From Candidatus Bathyarchaeota archaeon (lineage in GTDB: Archaea > Thermoproteota > Bathyarchaeia > TCS64), in the NCBI GenBank assembly GCA_963769425.1, contig CAVYLP010000001.1, positions 64,001-128,000 of the forward strand: DNA of 64,000 bases, read 5' to 3'. The position numbers and the translations under genes were made by a program. Below are positions 41,777-51,928 of this stretch, piece by piece (the first letter of the stretch is position 1; every line of letters begins with the position of its first letter). The notes under the pieces are model-generated. The model was given only the letters and a program-made list of their open reading frames with translations, was not told where the DNA came from and did not search any database.

Positions 41777-42889
41777 CTAACGTTTAACAAGAAACACTTT
41801 ACCATCTGAGGTTGTTCCCGCTATTATGAAGCCTCCATCGCTTGTACCACTTATGGAGCGACACATGCTCAAGTAGTCCCAGAGACGCTCAACACCGAGC
41901 AGGTTCCCCGAAGAATCGATCTCAAATACTAGACCAATCAAAATAGACTCAGTCGAATTATGGCCGACGACGACTAAATTACCATTAGGCATGGCTAAAC
42001 TTGAATCAAAGCTCGATACGTCCCAGTAAGTTCTATTCCACATCATATTTCCCAATTTGTCAGTCTTGAACACATACCCCGTCTCGGGATACGAAATAGC
42101 TTGTGCCGTCAGAAAGTAGCCACCATCGGAAGCAACTTGAATTGAGTTAGCATGATTTAAGATACTCTTACCGTATGTGTTATTCCAGATTACATTCCCC
42201 TTGTTGTCAGTCTTCACAAGAACCACTAAGCCATTTGGGCCAACGCTGACGCCATTATTATCTAGGACGGTGCCTCCGACGATGACATAGCCACCATAAG
42301 AGGCCCTCTGGAGGTCCTTATCCCCGTTATCCACTCCGTATAACCACATCGGCGAACCTCCCAGCTTCTTGTTCCACTGTACCTCGCCCGCCGAGTCCAA
42401 CTTTATGAGGTAAATTGACCCACCTTTGGATTTAGACACTATGCATCCGCCGTCTATGGTCTCGATGATCGAGTTTGCCATGCTGTCAATGTCTTGTTCT
42501 TTATTACTCCATTCAGTGTATCCGGAGGAGTTAGTCTTAATGATGTAGAGTCCGTGGTTGGAGCCACCTAGAAGGTATCCCCCATCTTGCGTCGCTCGCA
42601 CGGTGAAGCCTTGTCCCGGAAAGAACCTTACCCATTCTTTGCCTCCGGTGGAATTCGTTTTGATGAGGAAGGTCCGATCGTTATTGGTATTCGAGTTTCT
42701 CCCAATTATTATGTATCCGCCATCCAGTGTCTGCTGAATAGAGTAGGGGTAGCTCCAATCTCCGAGTGAGTATGTTGTATTCCATTGATTTCGCTTGAAG
42801 GTTGGCGCGAGGTAGGATAAATTCAGAAACACTGCTGTGGCGAAGAGGATCGAGATAATGACTACCCAACTGGTCCGGGGTCTAAACAT
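41777..42889 (-). CDS. Secreted beta-propeller-like repeat protein
   Basis: N-terminal TM; repeats of the form SIQQT.DGGY.I.G...L.KT.S.G...W. Confidence 0.8.
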   Translation of the reverse strand: MFRPRTSWVVIISILFATAVFLNLSYLAPTFKRNQWNTTYSLGDWSYPYSIQQTLDGGYIIIGRNSNTNNDRTFLIKTNSTGGKEWVRFFPGQGFTVRATQDGGYLLGGSNHGLYIIKTNSSGYTEWSNKEQDIDSMANSIIETIDGGCIVSKSKGGSIYLIKLDSAGEVQWNKKLGGSPMWLYGVDNGDKDLQRASYGGYVIVGGTVLDNNGVSVGPNGLVVLVKTDNKGNVIWNNTYGKSILNHANSIQVASDGGYFLTAQAISYPETGYVFKTDKLGNMMWNRTYWDVSSFDSSLAMPNGNLVVVGHNSTESILIGLVFEIDSSGNLLGVERLWDYLSMCRSISGTSDGGFIIAGTTSDGKVFLVKR

Positions 42890-42973
42890 TTCTATTATTT
42901 AAACAGTAAATCTCAGAATATGATTTTTCATCACGAGCGAGCATAGAAAGGTTTGGGTTTGGGGGAAAAGACT

Positions 42974-43594
42974 TTAGAGCGGCTCTCCCTCGACGCTCAT
43001 GACTATTCGCTCGATGGAGAGTTCCTTTCCCGCGTCCCTGATGGCGTGGGCAACGAGGCCGGCGAGACCCGAGCAGCAGGGGACCTCCATGTGGACGATC
43101 TTGACATGCTTTATGTCGTTGTATCGGAATATCTCGGTGAGCTTCTCCAAGTAGGCGGGGACGTCGTCGAACTTGGGGCACCCTACTAGGACGACTTGGT
43201 TCTTCAGGAGTGTGTCCTGCCAGTCGGGGCTTGCGACGGGGACGCAGTCGGACATTATGAGGAGATCCGCGCCCTTGAGGAAGGGGGCGTGTGGATTAAC
43301 GAGGTTGAGCTGAACGGGCCAGTTCCTGAGCCGTGACTTCCTCCGCGGCTTCTGGGACTCCTTATGCTCCTCGGTGGCCTCCTCGTCGAAGGCCGGGGCC
43401 TCTCGCTCGATGACCCTGATAGCGTCCCGCGGACAGGTGCCGAGGCAGGCACCGAGCCCGTCACAGTAGACCTCGCTTACGAGCCTCGCCTTACCATCTA
43501 CAATCTTGAGCGCACCCTCGGCGCACTTGGGGATGCACTCACCGCAGCCGTTGCACCTCTCCTCGTCTATCTGGACTATCGCCCGCTTGACCAT
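42974..43594 (-). CDS. 4Fe-4S ferredoxin-domain protein
   Basis: CNGCGECIPKC, CDGLGACLGTCP, NWPVQL, GCPKFD, MEVPCC. Confidence 0.88.
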   Translation of the reverse strand: MVKRAIVQIDEERCNGCGECIPKCAEGALKIVDGKARLVSEVYCDGLGACLGTCPRDAIRVIEREAPAFDEEATEEHKESQKPRRKSRLRNWPVQLNLVNPHAPFLKGADLLIMSDCVPVASPDWQDTLLKNQVVLVGCPKFDDVPAYLEKLTEIFRYNDIKHVKIVHMEVPCCSGLAGLVAHAIRDAGKELSIERIVMSVEGEPL

Positions 43595-43635
43595 CGAACG
43601 ATGGTGAAGAACAGGTGGATATAGACTCTTCCTGA

Positions 43636-45354
43636 TTAGTACCCGAGGGCGGTGGACCTCCGGAAGAGGTCGACGCCCGCCCTCAGGTTCTCGTCGCCTA
43701 TCAGGATGGCTGAGGGCCTCGCGAAGTAGCTGAGGCCTGGGCCCTCATCGACCACCTTAACGTTGTGGAGACGCTTGCGCAGGCCTTCCACGGGGATGGA
43801 TGGGATGCGTGAGTCGACGAGTGTATCGAGGCCGCTCGCGTCGATGGTCGGCGCCGAGACCGCTTCCTGTGGCCCCATCCCGAACTCAACCATGTTGAGG
43901 ACGACCTGCAGGTTCCGCTCGATTATCCGGCGGCTCCCCGGCGCGCCCTCGATTATGATAGGGGCACCGTCTTTCAGAATCATCAGGGGACCCATGTTCA
44001 TCACGGGCCTCTTCCACGGCGCGACGCTGTTAGGGTAACCCGGCGCGGGGACGAACCACCCCATGGCCGCTGTTAGGTAGAGGCCCGTGCCCTCGGGTAC
44101 GACCCCCGCCTGGAATCCGGGTGTGTGGGTGCAGGCGACCGCGTTCCCCTCGCCATCAACGACGTTGAAGTGGCTCGTCTCCCCCCCGGGTGGGCTCGGG
44201 GACGATGCACCTCTCGGCGTGGGCATCTTTCTGCCCTCGTGCCACCAAGGGTCGTGCATCGGGGCGCCGAGGTACCTAACCCAGGGCTCCGCCGAATCCC
44301 TCCGGAACCTAGTCATCTCCGAGATGAGCCCGTGGAGGTAGGTCGTGTAAGAATCTGAGAGCAGCCCAGTGAGGGGTACGTCTGCATGCTCCCAGTCCCC
44401 GAGCAGGCTGTACCTGTCGGCGAAGGCGTGGCGCGAAGCCTCCGCGAGGACGTGCATGTACTCGGAGGAGTTGTGCCCAAACCCTGCGAGGTCGAAGCCC
44501 TCCAGAATCTTCATCGTCTCCAGTATTGTGACGCCGCCGCTCGGGGTCGATGTGGTCGACACATCCAAGCCTCGGTAGCTGATCTTGATGGGCTGCCCGA
44601 CGGTGGGCTCGTACGCGGCGAGGTCCTCCGCGGTCATCACACCACCGGCGGCTGCGACCGCCTCCTCGACGGCCTTTGCCACCTCGCCAGCGTATATGGC
44701 GTCGCGCCCCTCCGCGCCAATCTTCTTCAGGAGCCTCGCTAGGTCAGGCTGTACTATCCGGGTCCCGGGCGCGGCGGGGAAGCCTCCTGGGAGCCAGATG
44801 TCGTCTATGGCTGGGCACCTCTGGCTCTCCCGAGCCAAGGTCATGTTGACGAGCGACTGGTCCCAACCAAGTGTGAAGCCCTCAGAGGCGAGCTTATGGG
44901 CGGGCTCGATAACCTCCGAGAGTGGGAGGGTGCCGAAGAGTTCGTGAGCCTTGAGGAAGCCGGCGCAGGTCGCGGGGATGGTAAGCGCTTTCCCCCCGAC
45001 GCTGTTCTCGTTCCCCTCGACCTCGAATATCTTTGTCCCCCCAGCGGCAGCGTCGCCGACGACCTTGAACATGTCAGGGGAGGCTCCCCTAGGTGCCCTC
45101 GTGTTGAAGTCGATGGAGACGACCTTCCCCTCCTCCGCCGAGTAGGCAACCATGAAGCCGAGGCCGCCGAGCCCCGCAAGGTATGGTTCGAGCACCGTGT
45201 TGCAGAAGCCCATGGCCACGCCGGCGTCGAAGGCGTTGCCACCGGCCTTCAGTATCTTGAGCCCGGCCTCGGCGGATGGAGGCGTGGATGCGGTCACCAT
45301 CCCGTTCTCGGCGGTGACCTCGTCTTTCATGAATCGTAGGGAGCCCATAGCCAA
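43636..45354 (-). CDS. ggt: Gamma-glutamyltransferase family protein
   Basis: LKAGGNAFDA, IDFNTRAP, ETSHFNVVD (Thr nucleophile), PWKRP, GAPG. Confidence 0.92.
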   Translation of the reverse strand: MAMGSLRFMKDEVTAENGMVTASTPPSAEAGLKILKAGGNAFDAGVAMGFCNTVLEPYLAGLGGLGFMVAYSAEEGKVVSIDFNTRAPRGASPDMFKVVGDAAAGGTKIFEVEGNENSVGGKALTIPATCAGFLKAHELFGTLPLSEVIEPAHKLASEGFTLGWDQSLVNMTLARESQRCPAIDDIWLPGGFPAAPGTRIVQPDLARLLKKIGAEGRDAIYAGEVAKAVEEAVAAAGGVMTAEDLAAYEPTVGQPIKISYRGLDVSTTSTPSGGVTILETMKILEGFDLAGFGHNSSEYMHVLAEASRHAFADRYSLLGDWEHADVPLTGLLSDSYTTYLHGLISEMTRFRRDSAEPWVRYLGAPMHDPWWHEGRKMPTPRGASSPSPPGGETSHFNVVDGEGNAVACTHTPGFQAGVVPEGTGLYLTAAMGWFVPAPGYPNSVAPWKRPVMNMGPLMILKDGAPIIIEGAPGSRRIIERNLQVVLNMVEFGMGPQEAVSAPTIDASGLDTLVDSRIPSIPVEGLRKRLHNVKVVDEGPGLSYFARPSAILIGDENLRAGVDLFRRSTALGY

Positions 45355-45482
45355 TCATCTTTGATGCTGCTCAGAGAGGGAAGAAACTTGCCCGCCCCTC
45401 GGTCACTTTCATGCGCCACCGCTCGCGCATGCTCGACTCCGTTTAAATAGGCAGGGGACACATTGGGCACCCCTGACCGCTC

Positions 45483-46091
45483 ATGGAGTCCCCCGAGCAC
45501 AAGCACCTGAAGAACGTCGCGGTCCTCTGGCTCTTGAATCGGGGCTGCTTTCTCGCCGACACCGAGGTGCCGCTGAGCCAAGTGGGACTCAGCCGCTACA
45601 CGGAGATGGATAACAAGACGGTGATCGACGCAGTGGGTGTGGGGCTCCGTTTCAACGCGAGGAACAGTAAAGGTGAGGCGTCGGATGACTTCGACCCAGC
45701 TTCCCTCATGGGGGCCGAGGCTGGGGAGTGTGTCCTCCGGGGTGTCGAGGTCAAGGTAAGCCGCAGCGACTTTCGAGCCGGCTTCGCCTGCAGTGGGTGC
45801 AACTACCACTACCTCCTCACACCCCTGCGCCTACTCGCCCCGTCCGAGGTACCACGTGGTGTTGGCCTCATCGAGTACAACAAGCACAAGTGGGGCTGCG
45901 AGCCCGACGAAGACCACCCCGAGCGCCCCTACAAGATCACCGGCCTACGCGTCCTCAAGCACCCGATGTACCGAGAGTTACCACGATTCCAAGTAGACGG
46001 CGTAATATCTCAGCTCGCCAAAAAGACAATACAACAGACACTCGAGAAAGCCCTCAAGTGTGTCATATGTCCAGTGTCGAAGCATAATTAA
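45483..46091 (+). CDS. PD-(D/E)xK nuclease-fold protein, MmcB-like
   Basis: H..LK, TEV, IDAVG, VEVKVSRSDF, YLLTP, EVP.GVGLI. Confidence 0.7.
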   Translation: MESPEHKHLKNVAVLWLLNRGCFLADTEVPLSQVGLSRYTEMDNKTVIDAVGVGLRFNARNSKGEASDDFDPASLMGAEAGECVLRGVEVKVSRSDFRAGFACSGCNYHYLLTPLRLLAPSEVPRGVGLIEYNKHKWGCEPDEDHPERPYKITGLRVLKHPMYRELPRFQVDGVISQLAKKTIQQTLEKALKCVICPVSKHN

Positions 46092-46208
46092 CCAGCCAGG
46101 GGAGCGGGGGAGTAGCTGCATTTTCCAAAGATACTGAAAGATAAAGATCAAAGAATGGCTCAAAAAAAAGAGGACAACGCGACTCTTACCCTCCTTTCAC
46201 AAGATGAG

Positions 46209-46406
46209 GCTAGAACTGATTCCTAGTGGCTGGTGTAAAAAATGATGTTTTTCCTTATTCCTACCAGCGAGGCATATACGCCCAGCCAGCTAGTGTGCTA
46301 TACCACCTTAGTAGGAATCTGATTCCTAGTGGTAGGTATCGAGGGTCATTGCGGAGCACTTTGTGATTCCACCCTACTAGGAATCCGGTTCCTAGTGGCA
46401 GGTACC
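46209..46406. repeat. Palindromic repeats (two 38-bp copies and one partial copy)
   Basis: 46303-46340 versus 46369-46406 match at 32/38; core ACTAGGAATC-N-GATTCCTAGT; partial copy at ~46209-46236. Confidence 0.75.
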
Positions 46407-46662
46407 CGTGCGGGGTTAGTTGCCAAGAGGAAGTACATTCATGAAAACTGAGAAACGACGATGAAAAGTGGTTGGAAACCTTCTCAGATCCGCCACTTCA
46501 TGATCTCCTCGTTCCATCAAACATGATTTGGAGTGCCTGATTGAGACCATGAGGCGAATCTCCTCAGTGACCTCCGCCGCGTCCTTAACACACCAACAAT
46601 CCTATTCTGATGGAGATTTAATCTGACTGGATAGGCGTGTTCGCTCCACGCGCTTGTACTGT

Positions 46663-48018
46663 TTAAAATTCCTCTACGGGGCGGAGCCACTTGCCGTAAC
46701 CAGGTTTACCGACGACTTGCCCGTCCTCGTAGATGACTGAGCCGCGAAGCATCGTCAACACAGGCGCCCCAACGCCCTCTATTCCCTCGTATGGGGTGAT
46801 CTTCTGGATCGTCTTCAGATCCTCGCCCCTGATCTTGAAGGGCTTCTCCATGTCCACGACGACGACATCTGCGTCAGCGCCGATATTCAGCGCCCCCTTC
46901 TTAGGGTAGACGCTGTCGATTATAGCGGGGTTGGTGCTGAAGACCTCGACCAGGCGCTCGAGCCCTATCCTGCCGTCGTTGACCGCGTTGAGCATCAGGG
47001 GGAGCGTGGTCTCGATTACGACGCCTCCGCTGGGGGCGTCGAAGATGTCCTTCCAACCCTTCTCCTTCTCCTCCTTCGTGTAGGGGGCGTGGTCGCTGGC
47101 GAGGACGTCGAGGACGCCGTCGTTGAGCGCCTCCCAGAGGCGGGCCTGATCGGCCTCCGTCCTGAGCGGCGGGTCGACCTTCGCGTATGGGCCCCTCTCC
47201 TTCATCGTCTCCTCGTTCATGAGGAGGTAGTTGGTGGAGGTCTCACCCGTCGCGTCGACGCCCCTCATCTGGGCCTCCTCTAAGACGTCTACGACCATCG
47301 CAGCGGTTACGTGGCAGACGTGCAGGTGCATCCCCGCCTCCTCAGCGAACATGAGGGCACGGCTCGCGGCCTCCGCCTCAGCAATCGGCGGACGGAACTC
47401 ACCGTGCGCCATAGGGTCGACACGTCCAAGCCTCTTAGCCTCGGCCGTTCCCCTGTCGACTATCACCTGGTTCTCCGCGTGGATGAGGCAGGGGAGACCC
47501 TCATCCGCGATTATCTCGAAGTTCTTCCGTAGCTGCCAGTCGTCCGCGGCTAGCTCCTTGAAGCGAGCTATCATGAAGCTCTTGTAGGCTACGGCGCCCG
47601 CCTTGGCTAGGCCGCGTAGCTCCTCCTCCGGAACCTCGCCGGCTCCCCCGACTAAGCCGAAGTCGACGAGGGACTTCTTGGAGACTATGGCCTTCTTCTC
47701 CTCGAAGGCCTTGACTGTGACTGTGGCTGGGATCGTGTTTGGCATATCCATGACGGTGGTTACGCCCCCGGCTGCCGCGGCGCGTGTGCCCGACTCGAAG
47801 TTCTCCCTCTCCGGGTTACCCGGATCCCTGAGGTGAACGTGCATGTCCACCATGCCGGGGAGAACGTACTTCCCGATGGCGTCTATTACCCTGTCCGCCT
47901 TCGGTTCACCTGACTTCATTATGCCGATGATCTTGCCCTCGTCTATGACTAGGCTCCCCTCCCAGAGGCCGGAGGGTAGGACGAGTGTGCCGTTCTTTAT
48001 GACCACGTCGACTGACAA
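46663..48018 (-). CDS. Cyclic amidohydrolase (dihydroorotase/allantoinase family)
   Basis: DMHVHLRDPG, AAAGGVTT, IHAE, KVDPPLR, ASDHAP. Confidence 0.92.
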   Translation of the reverse strand: MSVDVVIKNGTLVLPSGLWEGSLVIDEGKIIGIMKSGEPKADRVIDAIGKYVLPGMVDMHVHLRDPGNPERENFESGTRAAAAGGVTTVMDMPNTIPATVTVKAFEEKKAIVSKKSLVDFGLVGGAGEVPEEELRGLAKAGAVAYKSFMIARFKELAADDWQLRKNFEIIADEGLPCLIHAENQVIVDRGTAEAKRLGRVDPMAHGEFRPPIAEAEAASRALMFAEEAGMHLHVCHVTAAMVVDVLEEAQMRGVDATGETSTNYLLMNEETMKERGPYAKVDPPLRTEADQARLWEALNDGVLDVLASDHAPYTKEEKEKGWKDIFDAPSGGVVIETTLPLMLNAVNDGRIGLERLVEVFSTNPAIIDSVYPKKGALNIGADADVVVVDMEKPFKIRGEDLKTIQKITPYEGIEGVGAPVLTMLRGSVIYEDGQVVGKPGYGKWLRPVEEF

Positions 48019-48069
48019 TCTTTACACCTGCAATAAGGCGGTGCGGTGGGGCTGATAACCGTTACCCGG

Positions 48070-49206
48070 CTAGAAGACGACGTCCCAGGGCATCTGGTTG
48101 AGGACGACGGGGTCCCCCTTGGTGACGAGGACTATGTCCTCGACGTGGCTCCTCATTCCCAGCTTCGAGTCGATCCTGATGGGTTCGTATGTGAGGGTCA
48201 TCCCAGCCTTGAGGGGGAGGGCGTCGTTCTCGATTGAGCCGAAGTTGGTGGCGAATGGCATGGTGTAGTCGTGGACGTCGAGGCCGATCTGGTGTCCGCT
48301 GCGGGGTGTGGACTCGAATCCCATCTCCTCGTGTAGTGTGTTGGCGTAGCGGAGGACCTCGTTGCCCGAGACGCCCTCGCGGATGTGCTTTATGCCCTCC
48401 CTCTGAACCTTGACGACGCGGTCGAGGAAATCCTTCGCCTCGGCGTCGAGGGTGACGGGCCACGTGCGCCCCATGTCGCTGCAGTACCCGGACTCTACTC
48501 TGACGCCGACGTCGATGCTGAGGAGGTCGCGATGCTTCACGACACCGTATGGCCTCTTCGGCCCCCTGCAGAAGCTGAGGCTGGAGTCGAAGCTGTGGTC
48601 GAGGGCGCCGAGCTCTATGAGGCGGGCGTCGAGGCGCTTCTTCAGCTTCCAAGTGTCTGCCCCGGGGACGGCACCCTGGATGAGCTCGTAGACGGCGTTC
48701 TCGGTGATGTTGATGGCTCGCCTGATCTCGCTGACCTCGTACTCGTCCTTGATGCTGCGCATCGTGAAGATGTGGTCGCTGAGGTCGCGCTTGGGGTCGA
48801 TCTTTATGTGGAGGGTGTCGGCGAGGGCGTAGGCGAACTGGCTACTCATGGTGCTGAGGTCGAAGCTGACGCGGTCGGGGTTGTAGCCGGTTAGGGCGAC
48901 CTGTGTTCCCCTCATGTGATGGCCCTTCTCCTGCCTCACGGCGACGACCTTCGTGTACTTGCCGCTCTCCTCGGCGGCCTTCGCGCCCCAGTGGGGGCAG
49001 ACGAGGGTGACGTCACCGTTCACACCGAGCACTAGGCTCTGGTGCTCGTCGCCGATGCCGTCGGGACAGAGATAGACAAAGTTACCCGGGTTCTGATTCA
49101 CCACCTCGTTTAGGAGGACTATGGTCTCGAATCCCCTGCGCTCTACTTCCTTGAGGAGTTCCTTTCTCCTCCTCGTTAGCGACTCCTCCTGGTTCAAGTG
49201 GTTCAC
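48070..49206 (-). CDS. M24-family metallopeptidase
   Basis: IDVG, YCSDMGRT, GHQIGLDVHD, TYEP, VEDIV. Confidence 0.88.
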   Translation of the reverse strand: MNHLNQEESLTRRRKELLKEVERRGFETIVLLNEVVNQNPGNFVYLCPDGIGDEHQSLVLGVNGDVTLVCPHWGAKAAEESGKYTKVVAVRQEKGHHMRGTQVALTGYNPDRVSFDLSTMSSQFAYALADTLHIKIDPKRDLSDHIFTMRSIKDEYEVSEIRRAINITENAVYELIQGAVPGADTWKLKKRLDARLIELGALDHSFDSSLSFCRGPKRPYGVVKHRDLLSIDVGVRVESGYCSDMGRTWPVTLDAEAKDFLDRVVKVQREGIKHIREGVSGNEVLRYANTLHEEMGFESTPRSGHQIGLDVHDYTMPFATNFGSIENDALPLKAGMTLTYEPIRIDSKLGMRSHVEDIVLVTKGDPVVLNQMPWDVVF

Positions 49207-49373
49207 TTAGGTGTGTAGAGTCGCGGGGGGTGGATATGGGTTTTCCTAGGCGGTGGTGGCTTATGCCGTGCTACTAGGCATAACGAGAAATTTATTTTTT
49301 TCCGCATGGTTGTCGAGGTCGTTTTGGGGGTTCCCCGCAAGTTTATTATCCGGTGGGGTCGGCTACCGTCTCT

Positions 49374-50529
49374 ATGAATAGGGACCTCGTGACTTTCGGC
49401 CTCCTCGGCGCCGCCCACTCTCTGAACCACAGTCTCTTCCTCGTCCTCGCGCCGCTGCTCAGCAGGATAGCCTCTGGGCTGGGCGTCACCTACCAGACTC
49501 TGGGGATAGTTACCACGGCCACGTTCCTCATCTACGGCGGAGGCGCCATCGCGGGTGGGCCCCTATCCGACATGATAGGCAGTGTCAAGGTGGCTCGGAT
49601 CAGCATAGGGCTGGCGGGCGTCTTCGAGCCTGCTCTTCGTATTCTGCAACAGTGTCTACGTCTTCGCGGCGGCGATGTTCATTATGGCGCTCTGGGCGAG
49701 CTTCTACCACCCTACGGCGAACAAGCTGATCGCCCAGGCCTTCCCCAAGTCGCCGGGGAACGCGATGGGGATACACAACGCGGCGGGGAACGCGGGGCAG
49801 GTGCTGACGCCGACGGTCGGCTTCCTCCTAGGAGTGCTGATCGACTGGAGATTCAGCTTCGTCTTCTTCGGTATCCTGAGCATGATAACTGCCTTCTTCA
49901 TGGACCGAATAATAGTCGAGGGGGACGAGCCCACGGGGAGGCGCACCCTGGACCTCGGCGGCTTCTTCAAGATCAAGAACTTCTGGATTCTCCTCGTCTT
50001 CAACGCGCTCGTCGGCTTCGTATCAAAGGCTATCGAGGTCTACTTCCCGACCTTCCTCAGCCTCGGCGAGGGCTTCTCGGGGGAGTTCGCCGCCATAGGT
50101 GCGTCCCTTATCCTCTTCTTCGGCATCGCGGGGCAGCTCGCCGGCGGGCGACTAAGCGATAAGATAGGGTCGACGAAGATACTGCTCGCGTCGAGCGCCG
50201 GGCTGCTGGTCAGCTTCCTCGTTCTGCTTCTCGTCCCCGTCAGCTACCCCTCCGTCATCCTGTTCACAATTATCTACGGCGTCGCGATCTTCGGGCAGCA
50301 GCCATCCATGACGAGCCTCGTCAGCAAGGTAACCCCGAGGAACCTGATGGGGCTGAGCTACGGGGCGATGTTCTTCTGCAGCTTCGGGCTGGGCTCGATC
50401 GCCGCAGCCGTTCTGGGGGCGCTGACGGACGCCCACGGCATCGTCTACGCCTTCTGGCTGAACGTCGCCATATCACTGGTGGTCGTCGGGGTGACACTCG
50501 TCATCTACAGGGTCTTCAAGAACGCGTGA
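49374..50529 (+). CDS. MFS transporter (frameshift near 49625)
   Basis: GPLSDMIG and GRLSDKIG motif-A loops; about 12 TM helices across two frames. Confidence 0.9.
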
Positions 50530-51037
50530 GGTAGGTGAGGACGCCGGCGATGGTCTTTGCGTCCTCGATGACGTTCTTCTCCATCATACCGAGCAGCTCG
50601 TCGGGACCGTATGGCTCGAGGGTGATGCTCTCGTCCTCCTCGGTGCCCTGCTCCCCTGGCTTGAGCTCGGTGGCGAGGTAGAGGTGGATGACCTCGTTGC
50701 TGTAGCCGGGTGCCATGTACATGGAGAGAATCTTCTTCATCGAGCCTGCGGTGTAGCCGGTCTCCTCCTTCAGCTCCCTCCTCGCGCAGGTGTCGGATGC
50801 CTCCCCCTTCTCGAGGGTGCCGGCGGGTATCTCGAGCAGCTCCTTGCCGGCGGCGTAGCGGTATTGCCTGACGAGTACGATTCGCCCGTCGTCGAGAATG
50901 GGCACGATGGCGACGACCCCCGGGTGATCCACAATGTCGCGTATCGTCGTCTTACCGTTCGGCAATTCGACCTCGTCGGTCTTGAAGCTGAAGCTCCTAC
51001 CCTGGTGGAGTAGTCGAGTGGTGATTGTCTTCTCCAT
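50516..51037 (-). CDS. NUDIX hydrolase (ADP-ribose pyrophosphatase-like)
   Basis: QYRYA..LEIPAG...ARRELKEETG Nudix box; DAKT. Confidence 0.93.
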   Translation of the reverse strand: MEKTITTRLLHQGRSFSFKTDEVELPNGKTTIRDIVDHPGVVAIVPILDDGRIVLVRQYRYAAGKELLEIPAGTLEKGEASDTCARRELKEETGYTAGSMKKILSMYMAPGYSNEVIHLYLATELKPGEQGTEEDESITLEPYGPDELLGMMEKNVIEDAKTIAGVLTYLTRS

Positions 51038-51133
51038 TTCGTTGTATGTGGCGATTTGGGGTTATGAATGTGTCCGTTTCAGTAGCTGGGGTTTGAAATA
51101 TTCGGTCTGATGAGGATAGGGAGAGGATCAGAG

Positions 51134-51928
51134 ATGGGGAACAGTGACGGGGCCAGACACGATAAGGTGACGAAGGAGGAGTTCACGCGCCAGTCGGGGA
51201 CTATGCAGGAGGCGAAGATATTCACAGACGCCGACGTGATCAAGAGAATCAGCGTCGCCGTCCTGCGCAACGGCGGGAGGATCAGGGTCCTCGACGTCGG
51301 CTGCGGCCCCGGCATACTCACCGTCGCCCTCGCCCCCTTCGTTGACGAGGTCGTGGCCCTTGACCTGACCCCCGAGATGATCGTCCAAGCGAAGAAGAGG
51401 AGCGAATGGGCTCGGGCTGAAGAACGTCCGATTCGAAGTTGGGCGGGCTGAGGAGCTACCCTTCGAGGACGGCTACTTCGACGTCGTCGTCACGCGACTT
51501 ATGCTCCACCACCTCGCTGTCCCCCGCGAGGGCCGTGGAGGAGATGGCGCGCGTCACCAAGAGAGGTGGGCTAGCTGGTGGTCGCAGATATAGTCACCTC
51601 GGAGAAGCGGGCTGAGGCTGAGCTCCACAACGCGCTTGAGACCCTGCGCGACCCGAGCCACGTCAGAGCCCTCCCCGAGCCGGAGCTGGATGGACTGATG
51701 AACTCGGGCGGGTTAAAAACAGTCGCAAAGGAGGGCTGGGTGAATGAGAGGGAGTTCGGGGAGTGGATCAAGATAACGAATGCGCCTGAGAGGGAGGGCC
51801 CCCTTCTCGTCGTGATGAAAGCCCTCGCGGAAGCGGGTGTGACCGCTGGCGTCAACCTGAGGATTTACGGGGACAAGGTCAAGTTCGACCACAGATGGGT
51901 CCTAATCACAGCCGAGAAGGTCAGCTAG
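51134..51928 (+). CDS. Class I SAM-dependent methyltransferase (several frameshifts at 51400-51580)
   Basis: VLDVGCGPG, DLTPEM; other frames give AEELPFEDGYFDVV, EMARVTK.GG and RDPSHVRAL. Confidence 0.85.

Larger units (their letters stand above)
37576..42977. mobile_element. 5.4-kb island with a 15-bp direct repeat and two internal related sites (three-cassette array)
   Basis: GGGAAAAGACTTTAG at 37576-37590 and 42963-42977; related sites centred at 39469 and 41736; sharp composition changes between segments. Confidence 0.72.

Noticed and set aside
46209-46406. Canonical CRISPR array
   Set aside because: Only two full copies with six mismatches, irregular spacing, no GAAA(C/G) end and no cas genes; kept as a palindromic repeat.
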